From NCBI GenBank assembly GCA_026936335.1, contig JAPMXV010000004.1, forward strand, positions 1-64,000: a DNA stretch of 64,000 nt, in the 5' to 3' direction. The DNA is from Mantamonas sphyraenae STR306 (Eukaryota; Protista; CRuMs). Numbering within the stretch: position 1 is the stretch's first letter; each line of letters starts with the position of its first letter. The position numbers were made by a program, and so were the translations under genes. This document shows positions 10,273-21,121 of the stretch, piece by piece. Under the pieces are notes generated by a model, which made no database searches, had not been told where the DNA came from, and saw only the letters and a list, made by a program, of their open reading frames with translations.

Positions 10273-11382
10273 ATGGACCAGCCCCTGTTTGGAGAAGAAA
10301 AGAAAAAGGCACGTGCTTATTCCCCCCTCCCCTCCCCTTTCACCCTCCCTCCTCCTCCCCCCTTCCTACCCCCCTCCTACCGTCCCCAACCCCCCCCCCC
10401 CCCGCATTCACTCTCTGCCGCCCCACACCTTCTGCCACCTCCCACACATCCCCTCGGCCCTCACCTACCCTCTCTCTCCTCTCCTAACCCGCTTGCTCCT
10501 CTACCCCGTCGCCCTGTCCGCTCTGTGCATCCGTTCTCCCGCAGACAAAGTACACCAAGCTTGCCGTGTACTTCCTCCTCACGGCTTTCGTCCTCGTACG
10601 TCCCGTCCTTCCATGCGCCCGACCTCCCCGCTCCCACACACATCCTCCTTGCCCGTCTATGTCCTCCTCCCCGTCCTTTTCCTCCAATCAATCCGTCCTC
10701 TCCCCCCGCTCCCCACCTCCTGCCCATCACTCGGCCCGCCCTCCCGTCCACTACGCTCCCCCCTCCCCCCATCCCTCACACACGTCCTCCTCCCGCCCGT
10801 CTCCAGGAAACCATCATTGTGGCCATTATCAAGGGCCTCGATGAGCAGGGCCACTGGTACCACTTCTTCATGGCCGCCATTGTCCTCCTCAACCTCGGAT
10901 CCTTTGTCCTCCTCGTACGTCGTCCCGTCCACCCGTCTCCACCCACAAACACACAAACACCTCCCTCTACTCACACCCCATTCTGCACACAGGTCCGCTG
11001 GTGGAACCGCGGCGACCTCGACGAAAAGTTTGTCCGTCTCATCGCCCTCCTCGGCTTCATCACCCTCGTTTCATGTGTCGCTGCGCAATTCTACCTTTTC
11101 CAGCCTCCCCCCGCCAGCGATTCCTGGTACGTTGCCCTTCTCCCTGCCGCTACACCTTCCCCGCATCCTCCCTCGGCCCCACCTCAACCCCGTCCTCCCG
11201 CACCCCCGTCCTCTCGTCCTCTACCCATGCTGACCCCAATCCCACTTTGCCATCTGCCCCACAGCAAACAAGGACTTTTCCGCGGCACCGACAGCCGCTG
11301 CTTTCCCACCTGCCCCACCGACTTTTGCCTCAACCTCCGCTCCGGCTCCTGCTTCAACTGCACCATCGTCACCCAGCAATAG
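10273..11382 (+). CDS. TMEM243: TMEM243 (DUF2678)-like membrane protein with Cys-rich tail; 5 exons, first intron GC-AG
   Basis: Spliced model MDQPLFGEEKKK|TKYTKLAVYFLLTAFVL|ETIIV...FVLL|VRWWNRGDLDEKFVRLI...; PLFGE and W..GDL..KF..LI match TMEM243; three GTACGT donors plus one GCACGT. Confidence 0.8.
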   Translation: MDQPLFGEEKKKARAYSPLPSPFTLPPPPPFLPPSYRPQPPPPPHSLSAAPHLLPPPTHPLGPHLPSLSSPNPLAPLPRRPVRSVHPFSRRQSTPSLPCTSSSRLSSSYVPSFHAPDLPAPTHILLARLCPPPRPFPPINPSSPPAPHLLPITRPALPSTTLPPPPIPHTRPPPARLQETIIVAIIKGLDEQGHWYHFFMAAIVLLNLGSFVLLVRRPVHPSPPTNTQTPPSTHTPFCTQVRWWNRGDLDEKFVRLIALLGFITLVSCVAAQFYLFQPPPASDSWYVALLPAATPSPHPPSAPPQPRPPAPPSSRPLPMLTPIPLCHLPHSKQGLFRGTDSRCFPTCPTDFCLNLRSGSCFNCTIVTQQ

Positions 11383-11399
11383 ACCCCCAAACCAACACA

Positions 11400-12701
11400 A
11401 TGGCCTTCCCCGTTTCCCTCATCGTCGCCCTCGGTGCTGTGGTCACCCTCGCCCTCGTCTTTGTCCTCTCCACCATCCTTTTTGTCGTCAATTTCGCAAA
11501 GCTCCTCTCAAACAGCGACTCTGCTTCCCCACGCGTCCTCAAAGCCTACCCGTTCATCGTTCTCCTTGTCGCCGTCGTTTTCTTCCGTGTCCTCCCTCCC
11601 CAGGCCGAAAAGGCCATCAACGGCGTCCACGGCGAGCTCATTTCTGTCCGCCCTGACGCCCAGGCCTTTCACAACTCTCTCGACGTCGTCGACATGCACG
11701 CAGACAGCCTCCTGTGGGGCCGCGACCTCAACAAGCGATCCGCTGCCGCGCACGTCGACGTCCCTCGCCTCATCGAAGGCAACGTCGCCGTCCAGGGCTT
11801 CACCATCGTCTCCAAGGTGCCTGCCATCATGAACATGCACAAAAACTCAAACAAGACCGTCGATGGCGTCGCCGTCGTCGCAAGCGCCTCCATGTGGCCA
11901 CTTGACACCCTCCACAACCTCACCAAGCGCGCCGTCTACCAGTGCGACCAGCTCCACAAGTTTGCCAAAGCCAGCAACGGCCGCCTGCGCATCCTCAAGA
12001 CTGCCAACGACCTCACCGAGTACATGACTGCCCGCAACCACCCGGACAACAACCGAAACCTCACCGCCGGCTTCCTCGGCATCGAGGGCGCCCACTGCCT
12101 GTCCAACAACCTCGCCAGCCTCGACCTTCTCTTTGACGCCGGCGTCCGCATGGTTGGCCTCACCCACTTTTTCGACAACGAACTGGGCGGCAGTGCACAT
12201 GGCGAGGAACGCTACGGCCTGACTCAGTTTGGCGTCCAAGTCCTCCGCCGATGCGAGGAGCTTGGCATGCTCGTCGACCTCGCACACGCCAGCCCGGCGG
12301 TCGTCGACGACGTCATTCGCCTCGCCAAGCGCCCCTTTGTCACCTCCCACACAGGTGTCTACGAGACCTGCCCATCTCCACGCAACCTCAAGGACGCGCA
12401 GCTTCGCGGCATCGCAAACAGCGGCGGCATCATCAGCATCGCCTACTTTGACGACGCCATCTGCGGCAAGGATGTCCACAGCATTGTCCGTGCCATCCAA
12501 CACGCCGTGTCTGTCGTCGGGCCCGAGCACGTCAGTCTCGGCTCCGACTTTGACGGCGCCGTGAAAACTCCCTGGGACACCTCCAAGCTCGCCTACATCA
12601 CTCAGGCCCTCATCGACGCAGGCATGGACAAGAACCACATCCGTCTCATCATGGGCCAAAACGCCATTCGCGTCCTGACCCAGGCCCTCCCCCAAAACTA
12701 A
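11400..12701 (+). CDS. Membrane dipeptidase (peptidase M19) with N-terminal TM segments
   Basis: DMHADSLLW, LGIEGAH, VDLAHAS, SHTG, RNLKD and LGSDFDG motifs; intronless. Confidence 0.93.
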   Translation: MAFPVSLIVALGAVVTLALVFVLSTILFVVNFAKLLSNSDSASPRVLKAYPFIVLLVAVVFFRVLPPQAEKAINGVHGELISVRPDAQAFHNSLDVVDMHADSLLWGRDLNKRSAAAHVDVPRLIEGNVAVQGFTIVSKVPAIMNMHKNSNKTVDGVAVVASASMWPLDTLHNLTKRAVYQCDQLHKFAKASNGRLRILKTANDLTEYMTARNHPDNNRNLTAGFLGIEGAHCLSNNLASLDLLFDAGVRMVGLTHFFDNELGGSAHGEERYGLTQFGVQVLRRCEELGMLVDLAHASPAVVDDVIRLAKRPFVTSHTGVYETCPSPRNLKDAQLRGIANSGGIISIAYFDDAICGKDVHSIVRAIQHAVSVVGPEHVSLGSDFDGAVKTPWDTSKLAYITQALIDAGMDKNHIRLIMGQNAIRVLTQALPQN

Positions 12702-12743
12702 ACTCCTGCTGCTCCATTCCTCCTCTCTCTCTTCCCTCTTCTC

Positions 12744-13661
12744 TCAATCCTCCGCCCCGCGGATCATCTTCATCAGTTGCGCAATCGTCGCATTCTTGAT
12801 CTCCTTCATCTGCTCCAGCTTGTGCAGCTGGTTCACCAGCCGTTGTTGCTCCCCAGACGTTTTCTGCGACTGCTCCAGCTGCCCTGTTGCAAGCTCCAGC
12901 CGCTGCATCAGATGTTCAATCATCTCATCCTTCAGTTCGTCCCTCATCTTCAGCTCCTCGTTCTGCTGGATCAGCTGCGCCACAATCGACTGCACCTGCG
13001 GGTCGCTCGCGTTCAGCTGATCAACAAGCTCCTCGTCTGCTCCCTCCAGCTCGAATGTCACCTCCTCCCCGCCCTCCTCCCCGTCCTCATCGTCGCTCTC
13101 TGCATCCTGTGCCCGTGCACCCTCCTCCGCCTGCCCCTCCTCTCCTCCCTCTCCCTCCCGCCCGTACGCGCCCTCCCCGTTTTGCATCCTGTTCAGAAAC
13201 GACACCGCGCTGCTCGGCGTCGTCAGGAACGACAGGCCCTGGAACCACGTCTCAAACAGCCGATGCGAGTCTGTCACCACCGTAATCGACCTGTGCACCT
13301 CCCCTTCCGGCAGGCCCCTGTCCAGCACCAGCCGAAACGTCGGCAACGCCTGGTCCCGCGGCGTGCTTTCGCCTAACTCCCCGCGTGTCAGCCTCCCCCC
13401 GTCCTCGCTCTCCCTCGGCCCTCACCACACATGAACAAACCCACCATACTCAATGTGATCCACGTTTGGCAACCACACCTTCAAACTCGTGTTTGCTGCC
13501 GACCGCGTCAGATGCAGATGCGACAGGTCCTCGTCCAGCTGCAACCAGTACGGCACCAGCGACCCGCCATCCTCCAGCAGCATGTATGCCCCTTCCTTCA
13601 TTCTCTCCACTGCCATGCGCAGCCGCAGAAACTTGCGAAATACCGGCGACGGGCTCGACAT
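12744..13661 (-). CDS. PH-domain (PLC-type) + coiled-coil protein, one intron
   Basis: MKEGAYML...WLQLDEDL...IEYG|ESTP...SITVVTDSHRLFETWFQGLSFL; GTGGGT...gctgac...TAG intron in phase. Confidence 0.72.
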
Positions 13662-13711
13662 CGCTCTCCTGCTCTTTCTGCCTCCACCCGCGCGCACACA
13701 CACCCACCACA

Positions 13712-14919
13712 ATGGCCAAAACAACCACACAGTCGCCCGCAAAGCGCCAAAAGGTCGAACAACCTGACGACGCAAAGCCCTCCACGGGCGACGACCAGCC
13801 CGTCAAAAAGACGGTTGCCCAAAAGATCCTCGAGGCCAAGCGCGCCGAGGAGGCCGCCAAGAAAGACCCTCCTTCTCCCAGCGCTTCTTCCGCCTCTTCT
13901 TCTTCCGCCTCCTCTTCCTCCTCCTCCTCCTCCGACGCCTCCAACGGCAAAAAGAAGAAAAAGGGCGCCGAGGTCAAGCTTGATCCGGAAGTTGCCAAGA
14001 AACTGCTCGCCTTCAAGGAAGAAACCGCCAAGCGCGCACACACCGTCATCACAAAGACCATGCCTGCAAAGATTCTCGAGCTCTCCCAACTTGTCGAGGT
14101 GCGTCCCTCCGCCCTTGTCCTCCCTTGCCTTTCCAAAAGACATGCGCCGGCTCCCGCCTTCCGCCTTTCGCCGCTCACCCGCCACACCACCCACACACCC
14201 ACTGCACAACTGCCCCGCAGCAAGCCGAACAGCTCCTTACCGAAGAGCGAGCCCAGGCACGCGAAACAGAAATCATGGCCATGGCTGAAGAGCACCGCCG
14301 CCGTGTCGAAGAGCACGCCGCGCGCAAAGGACGCCTCGGCAAACGCAAGCGCGCAGACACTGCCAGCGAAGAGGCACAGGCCGAAGAGGCCGGCGAGACA
14401 AACAACGACGACGACGACGACGCAAGCGACGCCAGCGACTATGGAGACGTCATCCCGTTCAAGGGCACCGTCAGCAGCAACTCACAGGTCGTCGCCCTCC
14501 TCGGCCTCTTCAAAGAGGAGTGCCTCTCCATGTGCCAAATCCTCAACGTCGTCAAGCTCTGGGCCACCCAGCAGCTGCCCAAGATCGAGGACGGCAACAA
14601 CTTTGGCGTCGGCGTCATCGAAGAGGTTCTCGGCGAGCTTGCACGCGCCGAAGACAGCGCCTACACCGCCCTCGACAGCGTCTCCCGCTACCACCTCAAC
14701 CGTGGCCGCATGGTCAACCTCTATCTCAAGAACCCCCACGTCGAGGACTACCTCCACGCCATCTACGAGATGGACGAGAAGCAGGTCCTCAACGTCCGCT
14801 TCGGCACAAAGGATCTCCGCAACAACCACGCCATCCTCCACGACATGCTCGCCAAGAACATGGACAAGCTCCAAAAGCCTCGTAGCGACAAGGAAACCTA
14901 CTCGGGCATCTTCCTGTGA
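13712..14919 (+). CDS. PSME3: Proteasome activator PA28 (PSME3/REGgamma-like), one intron (14099-14220)
   Basis: Activation loop LPKIEDGNNFGVGV; PHVEDY; LRNNHAILHD...KLQKPRS; N-terminal MPAKILEL. Confidence 0.92.
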
Positions 14920-14935
14920 TCCACAAATTCATTCA

Positions 14936-15661
14936 TTACAACCCACCGTCCTCCAAACCCCGCGCAAGCTTCTCCAGTTCGTCCTGCTCCTGCTCGTCCG
15001 CCACCCGTTGCTGACGCGCCAGTCCCAGCTGCCTCTGCTCCGCATCATACAGCTTCTCCAGGATATCCTTTGGCGGCGTCGCTCCGAAATGCACCGCCTG
15101 CGCAATCGCCACCTCGTCTGCCACGCGCGCAAACATCAGGGCTTTCTTGTGCGCCTTGTCGGCCAGTTCGTACGCCTCCTCCTCGCTGTGCCCTGCCTTC
15201 ATCAGCTCCAGTTGCTTCTCCACAAACGCGTACGACGACGGCTTCTTTCCGTCCCCTTCAATCAGCCGAAACACCTCCACCTGCGTCTCCTCGTTCCGCC
15301 GCAGGTACTTCTCGTGCAGACGGTCCTCTTCATACACAATTGCCTCTGGGTTTGCCACACGATACGGCGACGGCGTCGGCGGGATTCGCTTCACCGTCTC
15401 CAACCACTTTGGTTCCCTGCTCCACACCCCTGTGTCCAGCAGACCCTGCACACGCGTCAAAATCGTCCCACGCTTCGACTACACACACACAGGCCGTGTC
15501 AGCCACCATTACACACCCCCCACTCTCTGCCTCGGCCCCCTCCCACATGCGCGAAATCCCGCCACCCGCCCCCTTGTTCCCCTAACCCCTGTCACCACTC
15601 CCTGCCCTTCCATCCTCTCACCACCTCCCCTCCTCTTTCTTCCTTCCCACTTCCTCACCAT
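14936..15661 (-). CDS. MRPS23: Mitochondrial ribosomal protein mS23-like; first coding exon is ATG only
   Basis: GTILTRVQGLL...EPKWLETVKRIPP, IVYEEDRL, FVEKQLELMKAGHSEEEAY; ATG|GTGAGG at 15661-15659, acceptor TAG at 15479-15481. Confidence 0.8.
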
Positions 15662-15733
15662 TCTCGCAATGCTTTGCCCCAACCTCCGCTCCCTCTCACC
15701 AACCCAACCAAAACCCCCGCCAACCCCCACACC

Positions 15734-18700
15734 ATGGATCCCACACAAGACCTCATCGCCGTTGGCAATCCCAACAAACGCAGACGCTCCAGCTCCATCT
15801 CCTCGACCCCCTCCATCCCCGACCAGAAACGCCAGCGCACCTCCACCGGTGGGTCCTCGGCTCCTCCGGCCTTGGCACACATCCAAGCCGTCTCTGCACA
15901 GCTTTCCGACAAGGACCTCGGCCGCTGGCTCGCCTCCCTCTGGGACCACGTCGGCACGGGGCCCACTCCTCGTCGCACCCCATACCTCGCCCTTGTCTAC
16001 CTCCTCAAGACCCGGCCCAAAGCCTTCAGCACCCAGGACTTTCTCAAACACGTCCGCCACGAGCTCTCCAGGCCACACAACTCCTCCCTCGCCTCCCTCG
16101 CCGCAAACATCCTCTACGTCGTCCTCAAGAACAAGTCCTCCTGGCCAGACTTTATTGCCGACGCCTTTGTCAAGGACTCCTTCCACCAGCGCCTCTGGGT
16201 CGACGTCCCGGCCAATGAGCCCTTTGTCCGCCTCGCCACCACCTGTACACACTCCTCCGAAACCCGCTTCCCCAGCGACCACTTCCGCTCCTCCGTCCTC
16301 GCAAAGGTCCGCCAGGAGATGACCCTCGCCCTCGGCCAAAACGCTCTCGCCGGCTCCACCACGGGCAACGAAGCCGCAAAGGTCCTCCGCCAATTCGAAC
16401 ACATCCCTGCCATCCGTGCCCTCGCCACACAATCTCTCTGCTCCCAAATCGACTCCCTCGGACGCGCCACCCTCAAACGCAGCCTCCGCACCGCCTGGCT
16501 CGCCCTTGCAAACGCCCTCAAGCGCCAGGCCCTCCTCCCAGACGACATCCCGCTTGTCAAGCGCCTCCTCGCCCTCAACTACAACCACCAGCACCTGTTT
16601 GACCCCTACAAACAAGCCCTCGCCTCCCTCATGCTCCGCACCGACCTCCGCACCCTCGTCCTCACCCAACTCCTCTCCAACGCTGCAGACACCCTCTGTG
16701 AACAGCGTGCCTCCTCCTCCTCCTCCTCCTCATCTTCCTCCTCCTCTCAACCCTCCCTAACCACTTCCATCAAACTCATCTCCCACGCCATCACCGCCGC
16801 CAGCGAGCCAAACCAACCCGCCACCACCCATCTCGCAGACGCCATCCTCTCCCTCGTCTCCACACACGCTCAAAACGACAACCAAGACTCCCTCCAAGCC
16901 CTCCACGATGTCATCACAACCATCCTTGACCACCTCCACACACAACTCGACCTCCTCGCTTGCGCAGACAGATTGATCTCCGCCACCGCCGCCGACACCC
17001 TCTCTCCGGCCACCTTGCCCCTACTCCTCGACATTTGGACCTCCATCCTCATCGCTGCCGTCCCTCGCTCCCTCCTTGACTCCTCCTCCTCCTCCTCCCA
17101 GCAGCAGCAACAACCATCCCAAGCACGCCAGGCCTCCCATACCTTTCTCCTTCGCCACAGGGACCTGCTGCGCACCCTCGTTCCCTGGTGTGCCTCGTTG
17201 TCACTCCCTCCAGCCACCATTCTGCACCACCTCCGCAAACCCCTCTTCCTCCTCCCACCCTCTGCCTACGCCCACACTCCTGGCTCTACACAAGCGCGCG
17301 CCCTTTCCTTTCTCACCTCTGTCTGTCCCCTCACCGGCGACGTCCTCCTCACCCTCTGTACACTTGCCCACCACGACGACCACTCCAAAGTCCTCCTCCT
17401 CGACATGCTCGATCTCGCCGTCCCCAACTTTGCTCGCCTGCGTCCCCTCTTGCCCATCACCGTCCCCGAATGGTTTGCACCTGACCAAGACGTCCCAGGC
17501 GCCATTTTGGCATGTGTCGCAGGCGAAATCAAGGTCGGCTCACGCTCCCTCTGGCCTCAGGCTCGTGTCTGGCAAGCCATCGAGGCTCTGCTCATCCTCG
17601 GCGCCTGTGCAGGCGAAACCGTAGGTGCACAGGTGTGGCACAATCTCCCCACCGTACGCATCCTTCTCCAAATGGTCCTCAAGCAACGCTACGCCTACAC
17701 ACACGACCAGCTCGACGTCGAGAGCACCCTCGCCGCAGAAGAAGACGAGGCCCGCGTACAGGCTGCCTCGGACGCTCAGAACAAGTCTGACTACATGTGG
17801 ATGGACCGTTCCATGCTTCGCTGCGCTCCGCCAGATGTCCTCGCTCGCATCGAAGCAAACGCACGCAATCTCCGCCTCACCCTCTTTCTCTGCCAATGCC
17901 GCAATCCAGACTTTCTCGTGCGCACCATCGAGCGCGAGGGCTTCCACGAGGCCATTGCCTGGCTCAAGCCCATCATTGCCACCGACCCCGTCATGCTCAG
18001 CGTCCTCCCTCCGCAAAGCCTCTGCGAAATCCTCCTCAACACCGTGCGCCTCCTCGTCCGCGGCCAAGAGGCCGACGTCGGTCTCATCCCGCAGCTCCTC
18101 GCCCGCATCAAGAGTGTCACCCAGCAGGGCGACGTCGACCATGTCCGCGACCTCTTTGCCCTCTTCCTCCGCTCCCTCGCAGACAAGAGCGCAAAGATCT
18201 GCCTCCTCAACATCCTCTACAACCTCAACACCCAGAATTACATGACCGACCGTCTCGGTGGCGCAGAACCCTACGTCTGGCTCAACAACCTCATCACCTT
18301 TACCCGCAGCCAGCCGCAATTCAACGCCATGGCCGCAGAGTGCGTCGTCGACGCCATCTTTCGCGAGTGCGAACCAGAAGTTTTCGTCTACTACCTGGGC
18401 CACCTCACAGGCAGTGCAAACCACGGCCGTCTCACCGTCCATGGCAAAAACACACACGTCTGCATCATCCTCGGCCGCCTTGTACAGCGCCGACGTCAGG
18501 TCTCCCGCATGCTCCTTGGCGACGCTCGCTTCATGGCTGCCTGTGTCGGCATTGTACGCGATGCAATCAACACCATCGGCTACGGTGTTGTCCCTGTCGA
18601 CCAGCTTGACGACGCGCACGCCGTCCTCGAATGTGGCGACAAGCGTCTCCCGTCCGAAGTCTTTCACGCTGCCGTTGCCGTCGTGGCACACGCTGCACGC

Positions 18701-21025
18701 GCAGGCGTCCAGGACAAGGTCGAGGAGATTGCAGAGTGTGTGCGCAGCGGCAAACAGCATCTCGACGTCGCCGAAAAGGTTGCTCTTCTCCAGGCCGGCC
18801 ACGCAGACGCCCTTTCCTGGCTTGCCAGCCCTCACGAATCCCTCGAGGCAGCCTGCCACACCGGCATTTCCATCGACTTGTCCACCATGCTCTTGGCCCA
18901 GCTGTTTTCAGACACACACAACGACCCGCTCGCAAATGCCACCCGCCGACACAAGCTCGCTCTCCGCCGCATGATCTCTCGCTGTGCACCTCGCCTCGGC
19001 AACGACCAAGCGCGTGCGTGGTCCGATCGCCTCGGTGCCGTCGCCCCAACCAAACCCTCTGCAGATCCCATGGACGTCCATCACGTGTCCTCCTCCGCAC
19101 ACTCTGTCTCCGCTCCATCCTCCTCCTCCTCCTCCTCCTCCTCCTCATCCGCGCCACGTCCCAAACCACAACCGTCTTCCCCTCCTCCCGACTGGGCCTC
19201 TGTCCACTGTGACCCCGGCTCCTGGACAGAGATCGGTGCCCGCCAACTCGAACCGTTTCTGGACGCAAAGATGCACGCGGGTCTCCTCGACGTCGAGTGG
19301 GTCGTAGCCTGCCTCACAGCCATGGAGGAGCAGGACCAGGTCGACGCCGGCGCAAAGGGCGCCTTTGGCCTCCTCCTCGACACCCTGTGCCGCCTCGATG
19401 GAAACGTCAGCCACCCGGCCACCCTCGCCTGGGTTCTGCGCACACACACACACACCTGGGCCACACGCTCCATGCTCGTGCGCATGATTGAACGCACGCC
19501 CGTGCCCATTCTTCGCACACACATGTCCACCATCCTCGCAGGCAGCCACCACCAGCACACCGCCCCGTCTGTGCTCCTCGATCTCCTCGAGGCATGCGTC
19601 AACCTGCCCCGCCTCTCCAGCGCACAGCGCCTGGGACAAGAGGCCCTCCACGCAAGCTTGATCACTCTCCGCGCACCCAGTGTCCGACGCGTCTGCGACT
19701 GGATCGTCCACGACCACTCAACATCCTCTGCCTCTCGTTCCAGCCAACCCTGGCGCCTCTCTCTGCTCGTCCATGCTGCACAGCAGCGCAACGAGCTGCT
19801 CATTGTGGCCATCGAGCATCTCCTCAGCAACACCCGCGCACCAGTCCTGCGCCATGCCATGCGCCGTTCTCGCCACACTCCGCTCCTTCCGCAGGAGGAG
19901 CTCGTCTACCGCCTTTACCTCGCCTTCCCCATGCTCAGCGTCCACATGCCTTCGCCCTCCCTCCTCCACCACGTCCCTGACATCGCCCAGAGCTCCCAGC
20001 TCGACAAGCAGCTCCATCGTGCCGTCAAGGCCCTCCTCCTCCCTGCTACAAGCGCCACAGCCTATGTTGTTTGCAAACAACTCGCTCTCGAGCACCCGGG
20101 CGTCATCACACGTTACCTGCCCACCGTCCTCTCCCTCCTCCGTGGCCGTGTCCAGGGCACCCTCGAGGAATTTGTCGCAGCCGACAGCCAACGGCTCTTC
20201 CTCCGCGTCCTCGGCGTTGTCGAGAGTCTGCGTCCGGGCATCTACGACGAGCGATCCCTCATGCACACCGTTTGCGAGATCTACCTCGAGCTCCTCGCAA
20301 CCCTCAACGAACCCCACCCTCTCTTTCGCCCACTCCTCGCCAAACTCACCGATTTCCTCACCGTCTACCGTCGTCACCGCGAGCTCGAGGCCACCGAGGT
20401 CCTCTCCGACTATTCCTCCGAGCTCCAATGGCTTGCACGTGTCTTTGACGACCACGAGCCCATCCTCCTCCTTGTCGCCGCCCTCCAGGGCTCCTCCGAC
20501 GCCACATCTGCTTCGACCGCCCTCGACATGGACTCGGCCCAGATTGACAAGGTCGCCCGTGAATTGGAGCAGGCCCAGCTGTCCAAGGTCCGTCGCAGCG
20601 ACGGCATCCAACTGGAGCAGGGCAAGGAGGGCACCACCAACATGGCCGTCCTGCGCGCCCTCCAGACCCTGCAGACCCTCGAAGAGATCAGCGCACGCAT
20701 GCCCGAGGTCATTGTGCCCTTTGGCGACAGCGTCATTGCCCTCCTCGACGCTCCCGATGGTCCTGTCCGCGACCTTGCCCACCTCCTCGTCGGGCGCCTC
20801 CTTCATGTCGATCCCACAAGCCGTGCCCTCGTTGCCGCAAAGCTCATCCACTGTCTCCAAGGCGACCTCCAAGTCGTCCGCAAGAGTGTCGAGACCCTCG
20901 CTGCAAACGTCCACTTTCTGCACGACCACGGGCCAGAACTCATGCTCGCTGTCTTTCGCCTGGGCACAAGCGTTGAGCGCGAACTTCGCGGCATGGTTTG
21001 GAAGCGCATGCTTGTCCACTTGTGA
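15734..21025 (+). CDS. INTS1: Integrator complex subunit 1, ~1763 aa, intronless
   Basis: WPDFIADAFVKDSFHQRLWVD, LCQCRNPDFL...WL...LPPQSLCEILL and CKQLALEHPGVITRYLP...LLRGR match recalled INTS1 blocks. The first ~780 aa of the 2546-aa ORF overlap other genes and are spurious. Confidence 0.88.
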   Translation: MDPTQDLIAVGNPNKRRRSSSISSTPSIPDQKRQRTSTGGSSAPPALAHIQAVSAQLSDKDLGRWLASLWDHVGTGPTPRRTPYLALVYLLKTRPKAFSTQDFLKHVRHELSRPHNSSLASLAANILYVVLKNKSSWPDFIADAFVKDSFHQRLWVDVPANEPFVRLATTCTHSSETRFPSDHFRSSVLAKVRQEMTLALGQNALAGSTTGNEAAKVLRQFEHIPAIRALATQSLCSQIDSLGRATLKRSLRTAWLALANALKRQALLPDDIPLVKRLLALNYNHQHLFDPYKQALASLMLRTDLRTLVLTQLLSNAADTLCEQRASSSSSSSSSSSSQPSLTTSIKLISHAITAASEPNQPATTHLADAILSLVSTHAQNDNQDSLQALHDVITTILDHLHTQLDLLACADRLISATAADTLSPATLPLLLDIWTSILIAAVPRSLLDSSSSSSQQQQQPSQARQASHTFLLRHRDLLRTLVPWCASLSLPPATILHHLRKPLFLLPPSAYAHTPGSTQARALSFLTSVCPLTGDVLLTLCTLAHHDDHSKVLLLDMLDLAVPNFARLRPLLPITVPEWFAPDQDVPGAILACVAGEIKVGSRSLWPQARVWQAIEALLILGACAGETVGAQVWHNLPTVRILLQMVLKQRYAYTHDQLDVESTLAAEEDEARVQAASDAQNKSDYMWMDRSMLRCAPPDVLARIEANARNLRLTLFLCQCRNPDFLVRTIEREGFHEAIAWLKPIIATDPVMLSVLPPQSLCEILLNTVRLLVRGQEADVGLIPQLLARIKSVTQQGDVDHVRDLFALFLRSLADKSAKICLLNILYNLNTQNYMTDRLGGAEPYVWLNNLITFTRSQPQFNAMAAECVVDAIFRECEPEVFVYYLGHLTGSANHGRLTVHGKNTHVCIILGRLVQRRRQVSRMLLGDARFMAACVGIVRDAINTIGYGVVPVDQLDDAHAVLECGDKRLPSEVFHAAVAVVAHAARAGVQDKVEEIAECVRSGKQHLDVAEKVALLQAGHADALSWLASPHESLEAACHTGISIDLSTMLLAQLFSDTHNDPLANATRRHKLALRRMISRCAPRLGNDQARAWSDRLGAVAPTKPSADPMDVHHVSSSAHSVSAPSSSSSSSSSSSAPRPKPQPSSPPPDWASVHCDPGSWTEIGARQLEPFLDAKMHAGLLDVEWVVACLTAMEEQDQVDAGAKGAFGLLLDTLCRLDGNVSHPATLAWVLRTHTHTWATRSMLVRMIERTPVPILRTHMSTILAGSHHQHTAPSVLLDLLEACVNLPRLSSAQRLGQEALHASLITLRAPSVRRVCDWIVHDHSTSSASRSSQPWRLSLLVHAAQQRNELLIVAIEHLLSNTRAPVLRHAMRRSRHTPLLPQEELVYRLYLAFPMLSVHMPSPSLLHHVPDIAQSSQLDKQLHRAVKALLLPATSATAYVVCKQLALEHPGVITRYLPTVLSLLRGRVQGTLEEFVAADSQRLFLRVLGVVESLRPGIYDERSLMHTVCEIYLELLATLNEPHPLFRPLLAKLTDFLTVYRRHRELEATEVLSDYSSELQWLARVFDDHEPILLLVAALQGSSDATSASTALDMDSAQIDKVARELEQAQLSKVRRSDGIQLEQGKEGTTNMAVLRALQTLQTLEEISARMPEVIVPFGDSVIALLDAPDGPVRDLAHLLVGRLLHVDPTSRALVAAKLIHCLQGDLQVVRKSVETLAANVHFLHDHGPELMLAVFRLGTSVERELRGMVWKRMLVHL

Positions 21026-21121
21026 GGCCGGGCCGGCAATTGCTCGGCAATTCACGCAGTTCACGCAAAAAAAAAACCTGGATTGCTGCTCCTTCCCTCC
21101 CCCAATCCAATCCAAAAGCAA

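Noticed and set aside
13385-15733. N-terminal ~780 aa of the 2546-aa ORF as a PA28-INTS1 fusion
   Set aside because: It is PA28 exon 1, intron and off-frame read-through, and antisense of mS23; a chance open frame in stop-poor C-rich DNA.
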